Assembly: GCA_002269645.1 (NCBI GenBank)
Contig: NIVC01000173.1
Location: forward strand, 558,001-622,000
Length of the DNA: 64,000 nucleotides
Direction: 5' to 3'
From: Macrostomum lignano
Lineage: Eukaryota
This document shows positions 1-12,018 of this stretch, one piece after another. Position numbers and translations under genes: made by a program. The number at the start of each line of letters is the position of its first letter. Positions within the stretch are counted from its first letter, which is position 1. The notes below the pieces were generated by a model. It was not told where the DNA came from. It made no database searches and saw only the letters and a list, made by a program, of their open reading frames with translations.

Positions 1-4
1 AACT

Positions 5-2160
5 ATGGAAGATTCAGACAGCAAAAGCAAGCAGTCAGCCAAAGAGTGCCGCAAGAGGAAGAAGCTGAGATACCAGACTCTTGAAGCAATCGCTCAACGA
101 GAGGAGGTGGCCATAGCCGTGCTCTATCAGGAACTGGAGCAGGTGAGGAATTCTACTGAAGGAAGATCTCTATTTTACTTCCAGTAGTAAAAGCTGTCGA
201 GAATAAACCTTTCACACAAAAATGCATTGAAAAAACATTGGAAAATCAATGTCGCTTTGCATTAAACTTTTTCCTGTCGCAAATTTTCATTAATAAACTC
301 GATAAACTGCTGAGAACACCTCAGATCAAGCAGCTTACATGTAAACACTTCAAATTGTCCTTAGGAATTCTGGAAGGCGAGCATTTTATTAAGTAGTTCC
401 GACAAAACAGTGCTAATGTAATGTTTCTTTTCATAGGGGCTTTAGCACCAGGAGCTTTAGCACCAGGGTCTTTAGCACCAGTGACTTTAGCACCAGGGGC
501 TTTAGCACCAGTGACTTTAGCACCAGTGACTTTAGCACCAGGGACTTTAGCACCAGGGACTTTAGCACCAGGGACTTTAGCACCAGGGGCTTTAGCACCA
601 GGGGCTTTAGCACCAGGGGCTTTAGCACCAGGGGCTTTAGCACCAGGGACTTTAGCACCAGGGGCTTTAGCACCAGTGACTTTAGCACCAGTGACTTTAG
701 CACCAGGGGCTTTAGCACCAGGGACTTTAGCAACAGGGGCTTTAGTACCAGTGGATTTAGCACCAGTGACTTTAGCACCAGTGACTTTAGCACCAGGGGC
801 TTTAGCACCAGAGACTTTAGCACCAGGGACTTTAGCACCAGGGGCTTTAGTACCAGGGGCTTTAGCACCAGGGGCTTTAGCACCAAGGGGCTTTAGCACC
901 AGGGGCTTTAGCATCAGGGGCTTTAGCACCAGGGGCTTTAGCACCAGGGACTTTAGCACCAGGGGCTTTAGCCAGTAGGGGCGCCACTGTGTTTCTGGGC
1001 AAAAGACAGGCATAAATGCCACTTTAAGCACACATTAACCCCCCCCCCCGACCCTACACCAGATGAAGTTGCTATTCGAGCAGCTGGATCGCGGCGAAGT
1101 CACACTGGCCGAAGCCCGTCTCCGAGTGACGCACCTGCGCAGAAAGGCCCCGCCAGGCTCCAAATCATTTGTGGCGCCGTTGGATTCGGAGGCGGCGCAG
1201 CCGTCGAAGAAACCGCAAGCACCACCGAGGCAGTGTCGGCCGGCATCGAAACGCCGCCGATATCCGAACGCGCCAATCCGTCAGGATGCGCCAGTTGAAG
1301 GTCATCAGTCGGGTGTTGATTGTACATCTTCTACTGCTGATGATGGGGCATTTGCCGGCTTTCAGCAGCCAGTGATCTTGGCGGATGCAACTGCGGAACA
1401 GATGTACCATGCAACAGATCAGCTGATTCCCACTGGAAGGTATGAGAGTACTCGTAATTCACAGAGAGTGTACATGCCTGACGATTAGAAAGTCAGGGCT
1501 GCTGTACACTCATGTGTGAGCGTGTGTATGAGTGTGTGCTTGAGTAAAGTATAGGCCGTCAGCTCTGGTTGTCGGACGATATGTCGCCGAGAAATCAGAT
1601 GCACTGATTTTATTATTGCATATACTTCTATTTCCATTGTTTTCCTCCAATCCGCATGTAAATTATAACCGCTGCATTTCGCTACAAAAATACCGCTTTA
1701 CAGGTGCTCTGCAGGTGCTGCGCAGGAATGTGAGCAGCAACTACAACTGGACCAGGCTCAACTACATTCAGGCTCAGATTGCATTAGCAGAAGTAGCTTA
1801 GTGTCTGACTGCAAAGCCTATCAGCATCTGTACCACGATACGTCATTTCATTGGTACTCGGACTCTCACTATCACCATCAGGCTCAGGAGCCGCCAATGG
1901 CGTACTCACAAACTACATGTACTCTGTACCAGCACCAGCTTCAGTACCCACAGCAGCAGCAGCAGCAGCAGCAGCATCCGCCGGAGTTCAACTACCATCA
2001 ACACGACCAACAGTTGTGGTACGACGAGGCTGCGACAATTCAGTTCCAACAACAACTTCAGCCACATCCGGGTTCAACCGCGGTCGAACTGCATCAACTC
2101 CAGTGTAGCAGTGTCGCGGAAACACTTGGCTATATTAACAACCAGGCTTCGATAGCGTAG
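5..2160 (+). CDS. CREBL2: CREBL2-like bZIP protein, 3 exons (5-142, 1063-1439, 1704-2160), ~323 aa with Q/H-rich C-terminal extension
   Basis: Exon 1 QSAKECRKRKKLRYQTLEAIAQREEVAIAVLYQELEQ resembles the CREBL2 basic/zipper region (QSARECRARKKLRYQYLE, recalled). Donors CAG|GTGAGG (143) and AAG|GTATGA (1440) and acceptors at 1061-1062 and 1702-1703 give a continuous frame to TAG at 2160. The start Met lies at the window edge, so an upstream exon cannot be excluded. Confidence 0.85.
436..972 (+). repeat. 15-nt minisatellite (GGGGCTTTAGCACCA)n in CREBL2 intron 1
   Basis: Direct tandem units; explains the GALAP/GAKAP/KPLVL ORFs. Same unit occurs inverted at 30329-30553. Confidence 0.95.
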
Positions 2161-3114
2161 TATTAGAGCTGGCGTAAAAATTACCTATCATTGTTTTTAG
2201 CGAATGCATATATAAAATTTAGTTTTTGATAAACATGTAGCATCATATGGCATGTTCTGCAAACGTTTCCGTGGAATTTCTTTGGAAAATCCATGGATAA
2301 AAACTGCAGTGTGAATTTAACTGTGTATAAAGTTAGGAAGACTGAAGCTGATTACGAAAATTCCTTAAAAAATAGTTACTCGTAGAGGCTATTCGCACGG
2401 TAGTCCCTCTCATTGCTTTTATTAATTTAGAAGTGCTTTCGGTAAAACAAAAATTAATTGAAATTTAAATCCTCGACGTAGCCTGTTTGTTTAGATGAGT
2501 TTTTTTAAACGTCGGAAATCTCTATCTTTTGCTAAAATGACAAAAAAATTCTAATTTACTCATCTAAATTATCCGGCTTCTTGGCTACTGTACAAATATC
2601 CACTATCTGGCTTTTACTACGAGATGCGTAAAATAAATTGTGGCCTTTTAAAAAAATTGCATGAAGAAACGGCTTCCATATTTGTAGGAGCGAATGTACA
2701 TGAACCCCCCATATTCGCAACTATTTCTTTAACTGTTACGCAATGCTATGTACTATGTATTTGCACTTTTGTATCAATTGTAATAAATGACTCCAGAACT
2801 ACGAGTATCTACATGCCGGCCGATATCAATTGAAAATGTAGCTAAAATTTTGTAGCTATTATTTGTTATTTATTTAAATATACCTTTGTTATTTAAATGT
2901 CATGTATGAAAATTATCTAAATTATTCAAGTCAAGAAGTATGCAATATAATCGTCTGAATTTTGATATAGCTGTAATTATATTTTAACAGCAATAAATTT
3001 CATTGAATTAAATAGTGCAGATGGTTTTAAATAAAAATTCGTGACACGTCTTGTTTTACATTTTTCTTCAGATTTCTACACTTATTTTTCAATATTTTTT
3101 AGATATACTACTAT

Positions 3115-3453
3115 GGAGCTTGTAGCCCAGTGGATAGAGCGTCGGATTCAGAACTTGAAGGTCGGGGTTTCGATTCCCGATCCCACTCGGAATAATTTGT
3201 GCCCTTGAGCAAGACAATTAACTCTGCATTGCTTCAGCTCACCCAGCTGTACAATGGGTGCCAGCATTAGCTGGGGTAATTGAGGCTGTGTGTGGCGACC
3301 CCCAAGTCCTTGGACTGTACAGCCGTACGCAGCCTTCAGATGCGCCGCGCAAATATAGCTGCGGCTGAGCTGTCGGTTGCATATCTGCCCAATTAGGGGG
3401 AGGCGTAATCTACTCCTACTACTACTACTACTATTATTATTATTATTATTATT
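3115..3453 (+). mobile_element. tRNA-derived SINE with CORE-like central domain, copy 1
   Basis: A box TAGCCCAGTGG and B box GTTTCGATTCCC, then GTGCCCTTGAGCAAGACAATTAAC...CAGCTGTACAATGGG, then an (ACT)n(ATT)n tail. Homologous copies at 45685 and 59674. Confidence 0.9.
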
Positions 3454-3461
3454 TAATAATA

Positions 3462-3912
3462 GAGTCGGTAGGGACTAGGCGGATCGAGCGTACGACGCAC
3501 GACGGCTCCCAGCAAGCGTACTACGCACACTGGTGGAGGTGGGGATTGGCGTATCCGACGCTTCAACCGCCTCTAGAGGGTGCACCTAGGGCTAGCCCAA
3601 ACAAAGGACAAACGCAGAGTCGAAGGCCGCTTACCAGTTTTGAGGTCACGGTACGACGAGCGGCTTAGACCGAGCCGGATCACCGCGGATCCGAGATATT
3701 AGATTGGATTTTATTTGAAGATCGTAGTAGACAACAAGTACACAATAGACCGTGCAGCGCGCACATCGATACCGTATAGGCTTTTATGAGTGCTAGGGCC
3801 GTAGCAGGGGACGTGCTCCCGTAGGGGGCGGCGGCGGCGTCGGGTGAAAGGACGAGCGGGCGAAGCCCTGCCCTCCTCAATTCCTCAAGCAACTATGAAA
3901 AGGGGGATAACA
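3462..3912 (-). mobile_element. Probable LTR plus PBS/leader remnant of an LTR retrotransposon
   Basis: On the minus strand it begins TGTTAT (3912), contains CATAAAA and AATAAA, ends ..CCTCA and is followed by AAAC-TGGT (PBS-like, 3636-3633). No second LTR seen and the primer tRNA was not recognised. Confidence 0.35.
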
Positions 3913-4019
3913 CTGCAACAGCGAACAAGAAAATTCCGGGTTGAAGCTAAGCGTGGGCTAGAGAGAATAACAAAGATATGGAGGCAGAGTTGACGAGACG
4001 AAAGGGCTCAGCCAATCGG

Positions 4020-5395
4020 CGCGGCGTGGTCTCGGCGTGGTGCTGACGCACTGAGTTGACGGCCAGGACCCAAACCGCAGTCTGACGAAGGCTCAGAAGG
4101 GCCACTCGCAGTTGGACTAGGTGCATGGCGCTAGTGATCATGTTCGGCCTCCAGCGCTTCAACCAGTTCCTCCAAGGCCGCAAAGTTCGTCATCTTGATC
4201 AACTAAAAGCCGCTCGTAGGGCTCCTTGGTGAAAACAAGGCGATTCCGCGGAGCACGCGGCTGCTCGCATGCAGTGCTGGGCGATCCATTTGAACGGTTA
4301 CGACTAATTGCTGGAGTTCCGGCCTACCAGCAAGCACGCCAACTGCAACTCGCTGTCCCGGTTACCACTGCCGAGGCAGTTCGAAGAGGAGCCAGCTGTT
4401 AAAGCCCTTGGCGAGACCGGGATGAGGAGACCGGGTCCACTAGACCGGCGTGCCAATGGCTGTCGCTGACCTGATCAACTTCGCGAGGCGGCGGGAGACG
4501 GGTTGAGCGTCGAGCAGGGCTGCGTGTTGTGGGGCGCCCGCGTCCTGGTGTCGGCGCGGTTCTGCGACAAGGCGTGCTGGACGAGCTACACCAGGCGCAC
4601 CCCGGAATCAACCGCATGCAAGCACTGGCCCGCAGCTACGTCTGCGGCCCGCGGCCTGGACGAGCAGCTAGCGATGACCGTCAACTCGTGCCGGACCTGT
4701 ACGCTGAACCAAGTGGACCCGCGGCCAAAGCGATCCGGTGCAACCGTTGCCGTCCCTGCTGAACTTTGGGGCGAGACTGCACCTGGACTTCGCCGGCTCC
4801 GCGCTAACGTTCGCACGTACCTGGTAATCGCCGACGGAGGTTCAGCCGGTGCACAGCGTAACATCAGCTGCCACTATCGAGCGACTTCGCGAGGTCCTCG
4901 CCAGACTGGGCATGATCCCCGGGTGTTGGTCTCCGACAGCGGCCCACAGTTTAGCTCCCCGGAGTTCAGCACAGCGAGTTCACAAGATGCAACGTCGGCA
5001 TCGCCGACACATTTTCTCGGCGCCGTTCCATCCAGCAACGAACAGCCAGGCGGAGAAGTTTGTCCAGGTTCTCAAGCGACATATATCCTCATGAGCGAGC
5101 ACTCAATGGCGGCACTGCGGCAGATGCTGCAGCTGTCGTCATACCGCAACACACCGCACTCGATCACTGGCGAGGCTCCAGCTAGCTGCGCTCATCGGCC
5201 GCAGACCTCACTGCGAGTCGGCTGGAGCTGCTGATGCCATCGCTGACGAGCAGCATGCAGCAGCGCCAGAGCGGCAGGTGGAGCAGCAGCCGCATGCGCG
5301 CGAGTTTCAAGTCGGCAATCGAGATCTACTGTGCGACTTCAGCTCCAACGCAAAGGCTGGCGGTGACACCCACCTGGTCGGAGGGCGCCGCGATC
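4020..5395 (+). mobile_element. Degenerate Ty3/Gypsy pol fragment (RNase H and integrase), frameshifted
   Basis: GLGVVLTH..RSLTKAQKGHSQLD*..ALVIMFGLQRFNQFLQGRK (RNase H); MQCWAIHLNGYD*LLEFRPTSKHANCNSLSRLP; HHCC zinc finger LDELHQAHPGINRMQALARSYV..CRTC; integrase core VSDSGPQFSS, APFHPATNSQAEKFVQ, YRNTPHSITGEAPA. Multiple stops and frameshifts. Confidence 0.9.
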
Positions 5396-6254
5396 GTATC
5401 TGCTGGATACGCTGAAATGTTTTATCTTCTTAGCGTATTTTTCCGTAAAACCTGCCTCCATAATTTTTTACAAAACGTAGTTTCCCGTCCTTCTACAGCT
5501 CGTACATGGTACTTTAGAGTAGATCCTTGATCGAAGGTCGCGTCGATAAATTGATCGAAAAGCTGAATGCATGTAAAACTGTTTGGAGCTTTTTTCATTA
5601 GTGATGATATGCGCAGTACAAAACAATGCATACAACATGTAAGCGAAAAGCTTACATGACATGTGCATGCACCGTACCGAGTGAGGCCAACCGATATATG
5701 GAACTCTGCGACTGCAACGTTGATTTGTAGAACTTTTTGAACCGAGCTTATTGTAAGATTAGGGCAGAAAAGTTTTGTTGAAATATGAAACTGATGATAA
5801 GCGGATAAAAATGATTTATATATGTATGTATCGTACGATATCCGCGCCGGTTGTGCTCTGAGAGTCTGAGACTGAGATCAATGCCCGATTGTATTGATTC
5901 GACTTAACAGTTAAATGTAATTAATAGTGTACTCGGTAAAACAAATTTGGGTTGTTTTTAGATTTGTTTAATAAAAACAATGGTGTACTGAATAGTACAG
6001 CTGGAAGTGATACATGTATATGATATTTACAATTCCCCAGTAGTCGAGCGAACAGATCACCAAATGCTTTATTTTTTCTGATATTTTTAAACTTGACCCC
6101 ACGGTTCTTGTTCTTGGAGTTAGAAGAAGACGACGACAGTATAAGGAAGTTTGTTCCTTAATTAAAAGAAGTTGCAAGTTGGCTAATAGCTAGGCCTACA
6201 TGACCTAGTGGGACCTAGAACACAGTTTAAATCAGTATCGGTCAGTAGCAAGTA

Positions 6255-9200
6255 ATGGACTTAAAGATACAACCCTCAAGACATCGCTATCCATATTGTA
6301 TTGTTTGGACTCCAATTCCTATTCTAAGGTAGGTTTTTTCTTAGGCCTAAGCGCCTATGTCTTATCATACTATGTATTAATTTAAGGTGTATGACTAGAC
6401 CTCATGCATAAAGATAAATTTATATTAGATGTAGGCCCTAAGCCCTAGGCCTAGGCTGAATGATATAAGTAAGACTGACTATAGACTTATGGTATAATGA
6501 AAGACTGAATACTGAATAGGCTAGGCCTAGCCTAGGTCCTAGTCCTAGGAAAACATTATCATTATACCTAGACATTAATTCTAAAGGGAAGTCATATGAA
6601 TAGTAAATGTGTCAAAAGTCTAAAATGTAAATAAAAAAGAATACCTTAAGGCTTTAATTAATCTATAGATATTTTATAGGGCCTAGGCCCCTACTAGATT
6701 TGAAAAAGACAGTGCTTATTCTCATGGTCCAATGCCAATCAATCAATAGGCCTAACATCAATAGGGCCTGCTATCCACATGACATGGCATTATTACCATG
6801 CTAATAATGCCTTGATTTTTGCATGATTTTTGAATTATGATAATCACATTTAAAAAAGCAAAACTTAGGATTACCAGGTGTTGGAAGTCTTTTCAATAAA
6901 TTAAAAGCAACATAAAAAGTATTATTACTCAAATTTTATGTATTTTTGGCTGCTAAAACTTTTTGCACATGTTCATGCCTTGTAGTTAATATTATTCAAA
7001 ATAGCCATTTCCAGCTTCAATGACTCTCTTAAGGCATCCTCAGAAAGCCCTGCAAGTGTCACAGATATAGGCTGGTGACATAGCATTCAACTCTTCTATT
7101 ATAGCAGCCTTCAGTGACTCAATGTTGCTATGACAGACAGTGCAAGCCTTGTTTTCAATGTGCACCCACATACTATAATCAAGTGGCAATAGATCTGGCA
7201 ACAATGGCAGCTAGTACAACTTTGGCTTGAAGTTCATGTTCTGCTCCAGCCACTCCTATGCAGCCCTTGATGTATGTACAGGTGCTCCGTCCTGTTGAAA
7301 CACATAATTTCCATCAGGGAAGTTGGCATTAATCTATGGCTTGATTTTGCTAGTAAGAACATTGTACTCTGCTCTAGTCAATTGGTATCCAACAAAAAAC
7401 CATACTAGTGGGCAGACGCAACCATTCAACGCAATGACACCAAGCATCATCCTGCTTGAGGGGTACTTGGTTGTTGAGACAAACCTAACTGACTCTGGAA
7501 TGTCCTTCTCAAGCTTGATGAATCTTTCATTGCAACAGTTTCAAGTAGGATCCACGTCAAAGTTCTTCTCATTGCTGAAGATGATGATGCGTCCAGTAGG
7601 AGCTGACTTCAAATTGTTCAAGAGTAGGCTTGCTCTCTCTAGACAGTTTTGTTGCACCGCATCACTTAGCAAAGGCCTAGTCTCCTGCACTGCAAGGGAC
7701 TTGCCACCAAGCTTTTTCATGGTTCTTAAGTTGGTCAACTTGTAGATGTTGAATTCTTGTCCCAGGCTTGCCATTGAATGCTTTGGATTCTCAAGAATGG
7801 CATCTTGAAGCTCAGAATTGCTCACTGCCACTAGCTGGCCACTTTGTTGCTTGTCTTTTAAAGCATCTTCAACTTCTTTATTGGCCATTCACTTCTTGAT
7901 GTTGTACAATGTTCTTTCAATGCAGTTTACCATTGTAGTGATTTTTGGTTTGATACCCGTGTGTAGCAAGGTGGTAATCTGGTACTTTTTCATCTCCATC
8001 TTATAATAAAGTGGTCAGATTGATCTGAAATGCAATTTTGTTTTTGTTCTTGGTAGTTTCAGTTGTAGAAATTTGAAATGATAGGTAAGTTTAAGATATT
8101 TTAGGATAAACTTTCCTATTAATAAAGAGCAATTTGGCTTTAAATAAAGCATATTTTTCTTTTCATTTAGATTAGCTACTAAGAAAGTCTAATTTGAAAA
8201 AAGGATGACAAAAATTTGATATCATAAAATTTGCACAAAAGGAATCTTATCTCAAACAACTAAGAATTAATCTCAATCAATGCATTTGAAAAATTATAGC
8301 AATCTAGAGTAAATTAGAGTAATTAACATTCCTTTGTAGATCAATATAATCATAACTTAATAATATCTTTTGTTGAATATCTAAACTCTCTTTGAATTCT
8401 TGTCTTTATTCTTTAGGACCTTTATTGAGTTACATATTTAAATCCTAATCGGATTAGTATTTCAATCATTGGACTTATTTTGTAAATAATGCTATTTGTT
8501 TTTATAAATCTAGGTCTAAATTCAATTTAGCATGTCAACTAAAGACAGAAGCATGTTAGTTATTATCTAGCTTATGGTTTAAAATCAAGTCTCTTTGACC
8601 CATAAAAGTTGTATAAAATTTGCAGACTATACTTGTAGATAAATCATAATTAACAACTGACTGAAATCTTCGAGTCCCAAGAATCCTATTAGTTATAAGA
8701 TTATTGATACCTGAAATATAATATGAATTTTCAGAAAAAATATAAATTTAATCTTAGATTAAAGAGATGAAGTTATCATTATTTAAGCTCAAAGCTTATC
8801 TCACATGTGTTATATTAATTCCTAAACCTATATATTGGGGGGTTGGCAAAAAATTTAACATGAAGGCCAGATACTCCTATAGAATCTAGTGCATGACTGC
8901 GAGTCAGGGAAGAGAGGAGAGAGGGAGATGAGAGAAATAGGGGAGAGATGGGGAGAAATGAGGGAGGTATGGGGGAAGGAGGGGAGATGAGAGAGGTGAG
9001 GGGAAGGGAGATGAGAGAGGTGAGGGGAAGGGAGATGAGAGAGGTGAGGGGAAGGGAGATGAGAGAGGTGAGGGGAAGGGAGATGAGAGAGGTGAGGGGA
9101 AGGGAGATGAGAGAGGTGAGGGGAAGGGAGATGAGATAGGTGAGGGGAAGGGAGAGGAGAGAGGTGAGGGGAAGGGAGAGGAGAGATGAGGGGAAGGGAG

Positions 9201-11157
9201 ATGAGAGAGATGAGGGGAAGGGAGATGAGAGAGGTGAGGGGAAGGGAGATGAGAGAGGTGAGGGGAAGGGAGATGAGAGAGGTGAGGGGAAGGGAGATGA
9301 GAGAGTTGAGGGGAAGGGAGATTAGAGAGGTGAGGGGAGAGGAGAGGGAAAGAAGAATGTGGTGAGGGGGGTGAGAGAGGGGCTGAGAAGAGATACAAGC
9401 ATTAAGTGGATCGGATTGCTACTAAGAAGTTTCAAAGGACTTAAGGGCCGGGTAAAGAGGCTTCACAGGCTGGAGTTTGCCAACCCCTGCTATACAAGTA
9501 TAGTTTTGGATACTAAATCAACATTTTAGTTGGCTCATTCCACTTATTGGTCACATGGGCATCTGCACTAGCGCTGGAGTGGTTCGCGATTTTGCCGGAC
9601 CCTACACCATTGGCGAAGATGAAATGGCATTTGGATGGCCAACTAAACTGTGGCAATTGAGTCCGGCACTGGTGCAAACTGATTCTAATGCTGCCGCGCT
9701 TGACTGGGACAGCGCCGTGAATGGCGCTTGCGATGTCTATAGAGGGCGCATGGTAGGTTTTCCTTACTGCTGCTCTGGATTGTGAAGATTACAAGTGAAA
9801 TAGGACTGGAGATTTTAATGAGAGACTGCTGCTGGTAGAACAATGTCGAGGCGGAATGATGCTAAGAGGGAATGATGCTGGAAGAGAGATGTGGGAAGGG
9901 AGTGATGCTGGGAGAGAGTGATGCTGAGAGGGAATTATGCGGAGAGAGAATGATGCTGAGAGGGAATGATGCTGGGAGAGAGTGATGCTGAGAGGGAATG
10001 ATGCTGGGAGGGAGTGATGCTGAGAGGGAATGATGCTGAGAGGGAATGATGCTGATAGGGAATTATGCGGAGAGAGAATGATGCTGAGAGGGAATTATGC
10101 TGGGAGAGAGTGATGCTGAGAGGGAATGATGCTGGGAGGGAGTGATGCTGAGAGGGAATGATGCTGAGAGGGAATGATGCTGAGAGGGAATTATGCGGAG
10201 AGAGAATGATGCTGAAAGGGAATTATGTTTAGAGAGAATGATGCTGAGAGAGAATGATGCTGAGAGGGAATGATGCTGAGAGAGAATGATGCTGAGAGGG
10301 AATGATGCTGAGAGAGAATGATGCTGAGAGGGAATTATGTTTAGAGAGAATGATGCTGAGAGAGAATGATGCTGAGAGGGAATGATGCTGAGAGAGAATG
10401 ATGCTGAGAGGGAATGATGCTGAGAGAGAGTGATGCTGAGAGAGAATGATGCTGAGAGGGAATGATGCTGAGAGCGAATGATGCTGAGAGGGAATGATGC
10501 TGAGAGGGAATGATGCTGAGAGGGAATGATGCTGAGGGGGAGTGATGCTGAGGGAGAATGATGCTGAAGGGGAATTATGCTGAGAGGGAATGATGCTGAA
10601 GGGGAATTATGCTTCCGGGAAGAATGCTGAATGCTAAATTATGTGGGATTTTAATGGTTGCATTGGATTTTGCTGCATAAAGGATTTCATTGATGATATT
10701 TTACTACGTCCAATGCGGACGTGCCCAGTGGGATTTTGGGGATTTGGAGTTTCCCTAATAATTTGATCCCGTATAATTAGGACTATTTAAGTATTTATAT
10801 ATCTGAAAGCAAGTCATAGTTACCCTTGCCGTTTACCGCAGCTCAAAAAGCATTGGAAATACGTTAATCCCGCAGCATAATCTACTATGCGACAACTGTC
10901 ACAGTCATACAGCCTTAGCGCTGAATCTCATGCACTACAACAATTGTCGGTCCTGGAATATGGTTAAATTATTCTTTGTGTTCACTCTGCATAGCAGATA
11001 TGTCAGGTATGTTTTCTATTTCTAATGCTTTCTAAGATGCACTTTAATTTATTGATAGCCGCCAAATTTTAGTTGGGCCAGTCTAGTTCAAACCTGGCTG
11101 CCGTTCTGCATTCTGGCGATCGTTGTAATCTGTTTCAGCGCTTTTCTGAGGCAGTGA
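6255..11157 (+). CDS. TMEM222: TMEM222 (DUF778) family protein, 4 exons (6255-6328, 9530-9752, 10876-11006, 11073-11157), ~170 aa
   Basis: Spliced product reads RYPYCIVWTPIPILS/WLIPLIGHMGICTSAGVVRDFAGPY..MAFGWP..RM/HNLLCDNCHSHTALALNLM..WNMV..YVS/WASLVQTWLPF, matching recalled TMEM222 motifs. All junctions are GT-AG and in phase. Confidence 0.95.
6992..7999 (-). pseudogene. Decayed Tc1/mariner-superfamily (maT/DD37D-like) transposase in TMEM222 intron 1
   Basis: MEMKKYQITTLL.. HTH-like start; IIFSNEKNF (first D mutated to N), FQQDGAPVHTS, LPDLLPLDYSMW; ends EAGNGYFE*. In-frame stops present; TIRs not found. Confidence 0.85.
8836..9490. mobile_element. Possible old hAT-type MITE enclosing a GA-rich array
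   Basis: Left GGGGTTGGCAAA (8839-8850) and right TTTGCCAACCCCTG (~9477-9490) are inverted; flanks CTATATAT / CTATACAA are an imperfect 8-bp TSD. Confidence 0.4.
8905..9385 (+). repeat. 24-nt purine-rich minisatellite (GAGATGAGAGAGGTGAGGGGAAGG)n
   Basis: Direct tandem units in TMEM222 intron 1. Confidence 0.95.
9855..10612 (+). repeat. 16-17-nt minisatellite (GAGAGGGAATGATGCT)n
   Basis: Direct tandem units in TMEM222 intron 2. Confidence 0.95.
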
Positions 11158-11310
11158 CTCAAATTTTAAAAGTGACCACAATGTGCACGTTACAGTGTGT
11201 TTTGTTCATTGTTAATAATTAATATAAGAGCTCTCTAGAAATTTTTATTTTTTTCTTCTGAAAGTCTTCTGCACTGTTTTTGTATTTTTTCTTGTTTCTT
11301 AGCTTACTCT

Positions 11311-11905
11311 TGATCCTCAGTTGCCGGGCTAGCCTCCCAGATCCTCAATTGCTGGGCCAGCCTCGCACAGTGTCAGTTGCTAGGCCAGGCTCCCAGATCC
11401 CCAGTTGCTGGGCCAGCCTCCCTGATCCTCAGTTGCTGGGCCAGCCTCCCAGATCCCAGTTTCTGGGTCAGCCTCCCAGATCCTCAGTTTCTGGGCCAGC
11501 CTCCCTCAGTTGCTGGGTCAGCCTCCCAGATCCTCAGTTTCTGGGCCAGCCTCCCTCAGTTGCTGGGTCAGCCTCCCAGATCCTCAGTTTCTGGGCCAGC
11601 CTCCCAGATCCTCAGTTGCTGGGCCAGCCTTCCTCAGTTTCTGGGCCAGCCTCCCAGATCCTCAGTTGCTGAGCCAGCCTCCCAGATCCTCAGTTGCTGG
11701 GCCAGCCTCCCAGATCCTCAGTTGCTGGGCCAGCCTTCCTCAGTTGCTGGGCCAGCCTTCCTCAGTTGCTGGGCCAGCCTCCCAGATCCTCAGTTGCTGA
11801 GCCAGCCTCCCAGATCCTCAGTTGCTGGGCCAGCCTCCCTGATCCCCAGTTTCTGGGCCAGCCTCCCTGATCCTCAGTTGCTGGGCCAGCCTCCCTGATC
11901 CTCAG
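11311..11905 (+). repeat. 28-nt minisatellite (GCTGGGCCAGCCTCCCAGATCCTCAGTT)n, copy 1
   Basis: Tandem units with deletion variants; same family inverted at 44222 and 53986. Confidence 0.95.
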
Positions 11906-12018
11906 TGGTCTTAATTCTTCCGATAGAGCTGCCACCTCCCAATACTCATAAGATAGCTTTTAACTTTATAGAAATGATACCAATGTATATCACAGTAAAT
12001 AATGCTGCTTTCCAGCTG

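Noticed and set aside
321-1031. GAKAPG collagen/elastin-like ORFs (also 30181-30618)
   Set aside because: By-product of the 15-nt array, which lies inside a well-supported intron.
1475-1500. CTGACGA..GAAA-GTC as a hammerhead core inside the intronic hairpin
   Set aside because: No stem II, stem I does not pair, and the second copy has CTAAC.
3115-3190. tRNA gene-like sequences (also 45685 and 59674)
   Set aside because: Anticodon loops differ between copies, the acceptor stem is poor, and each continues into a shared SINE body.
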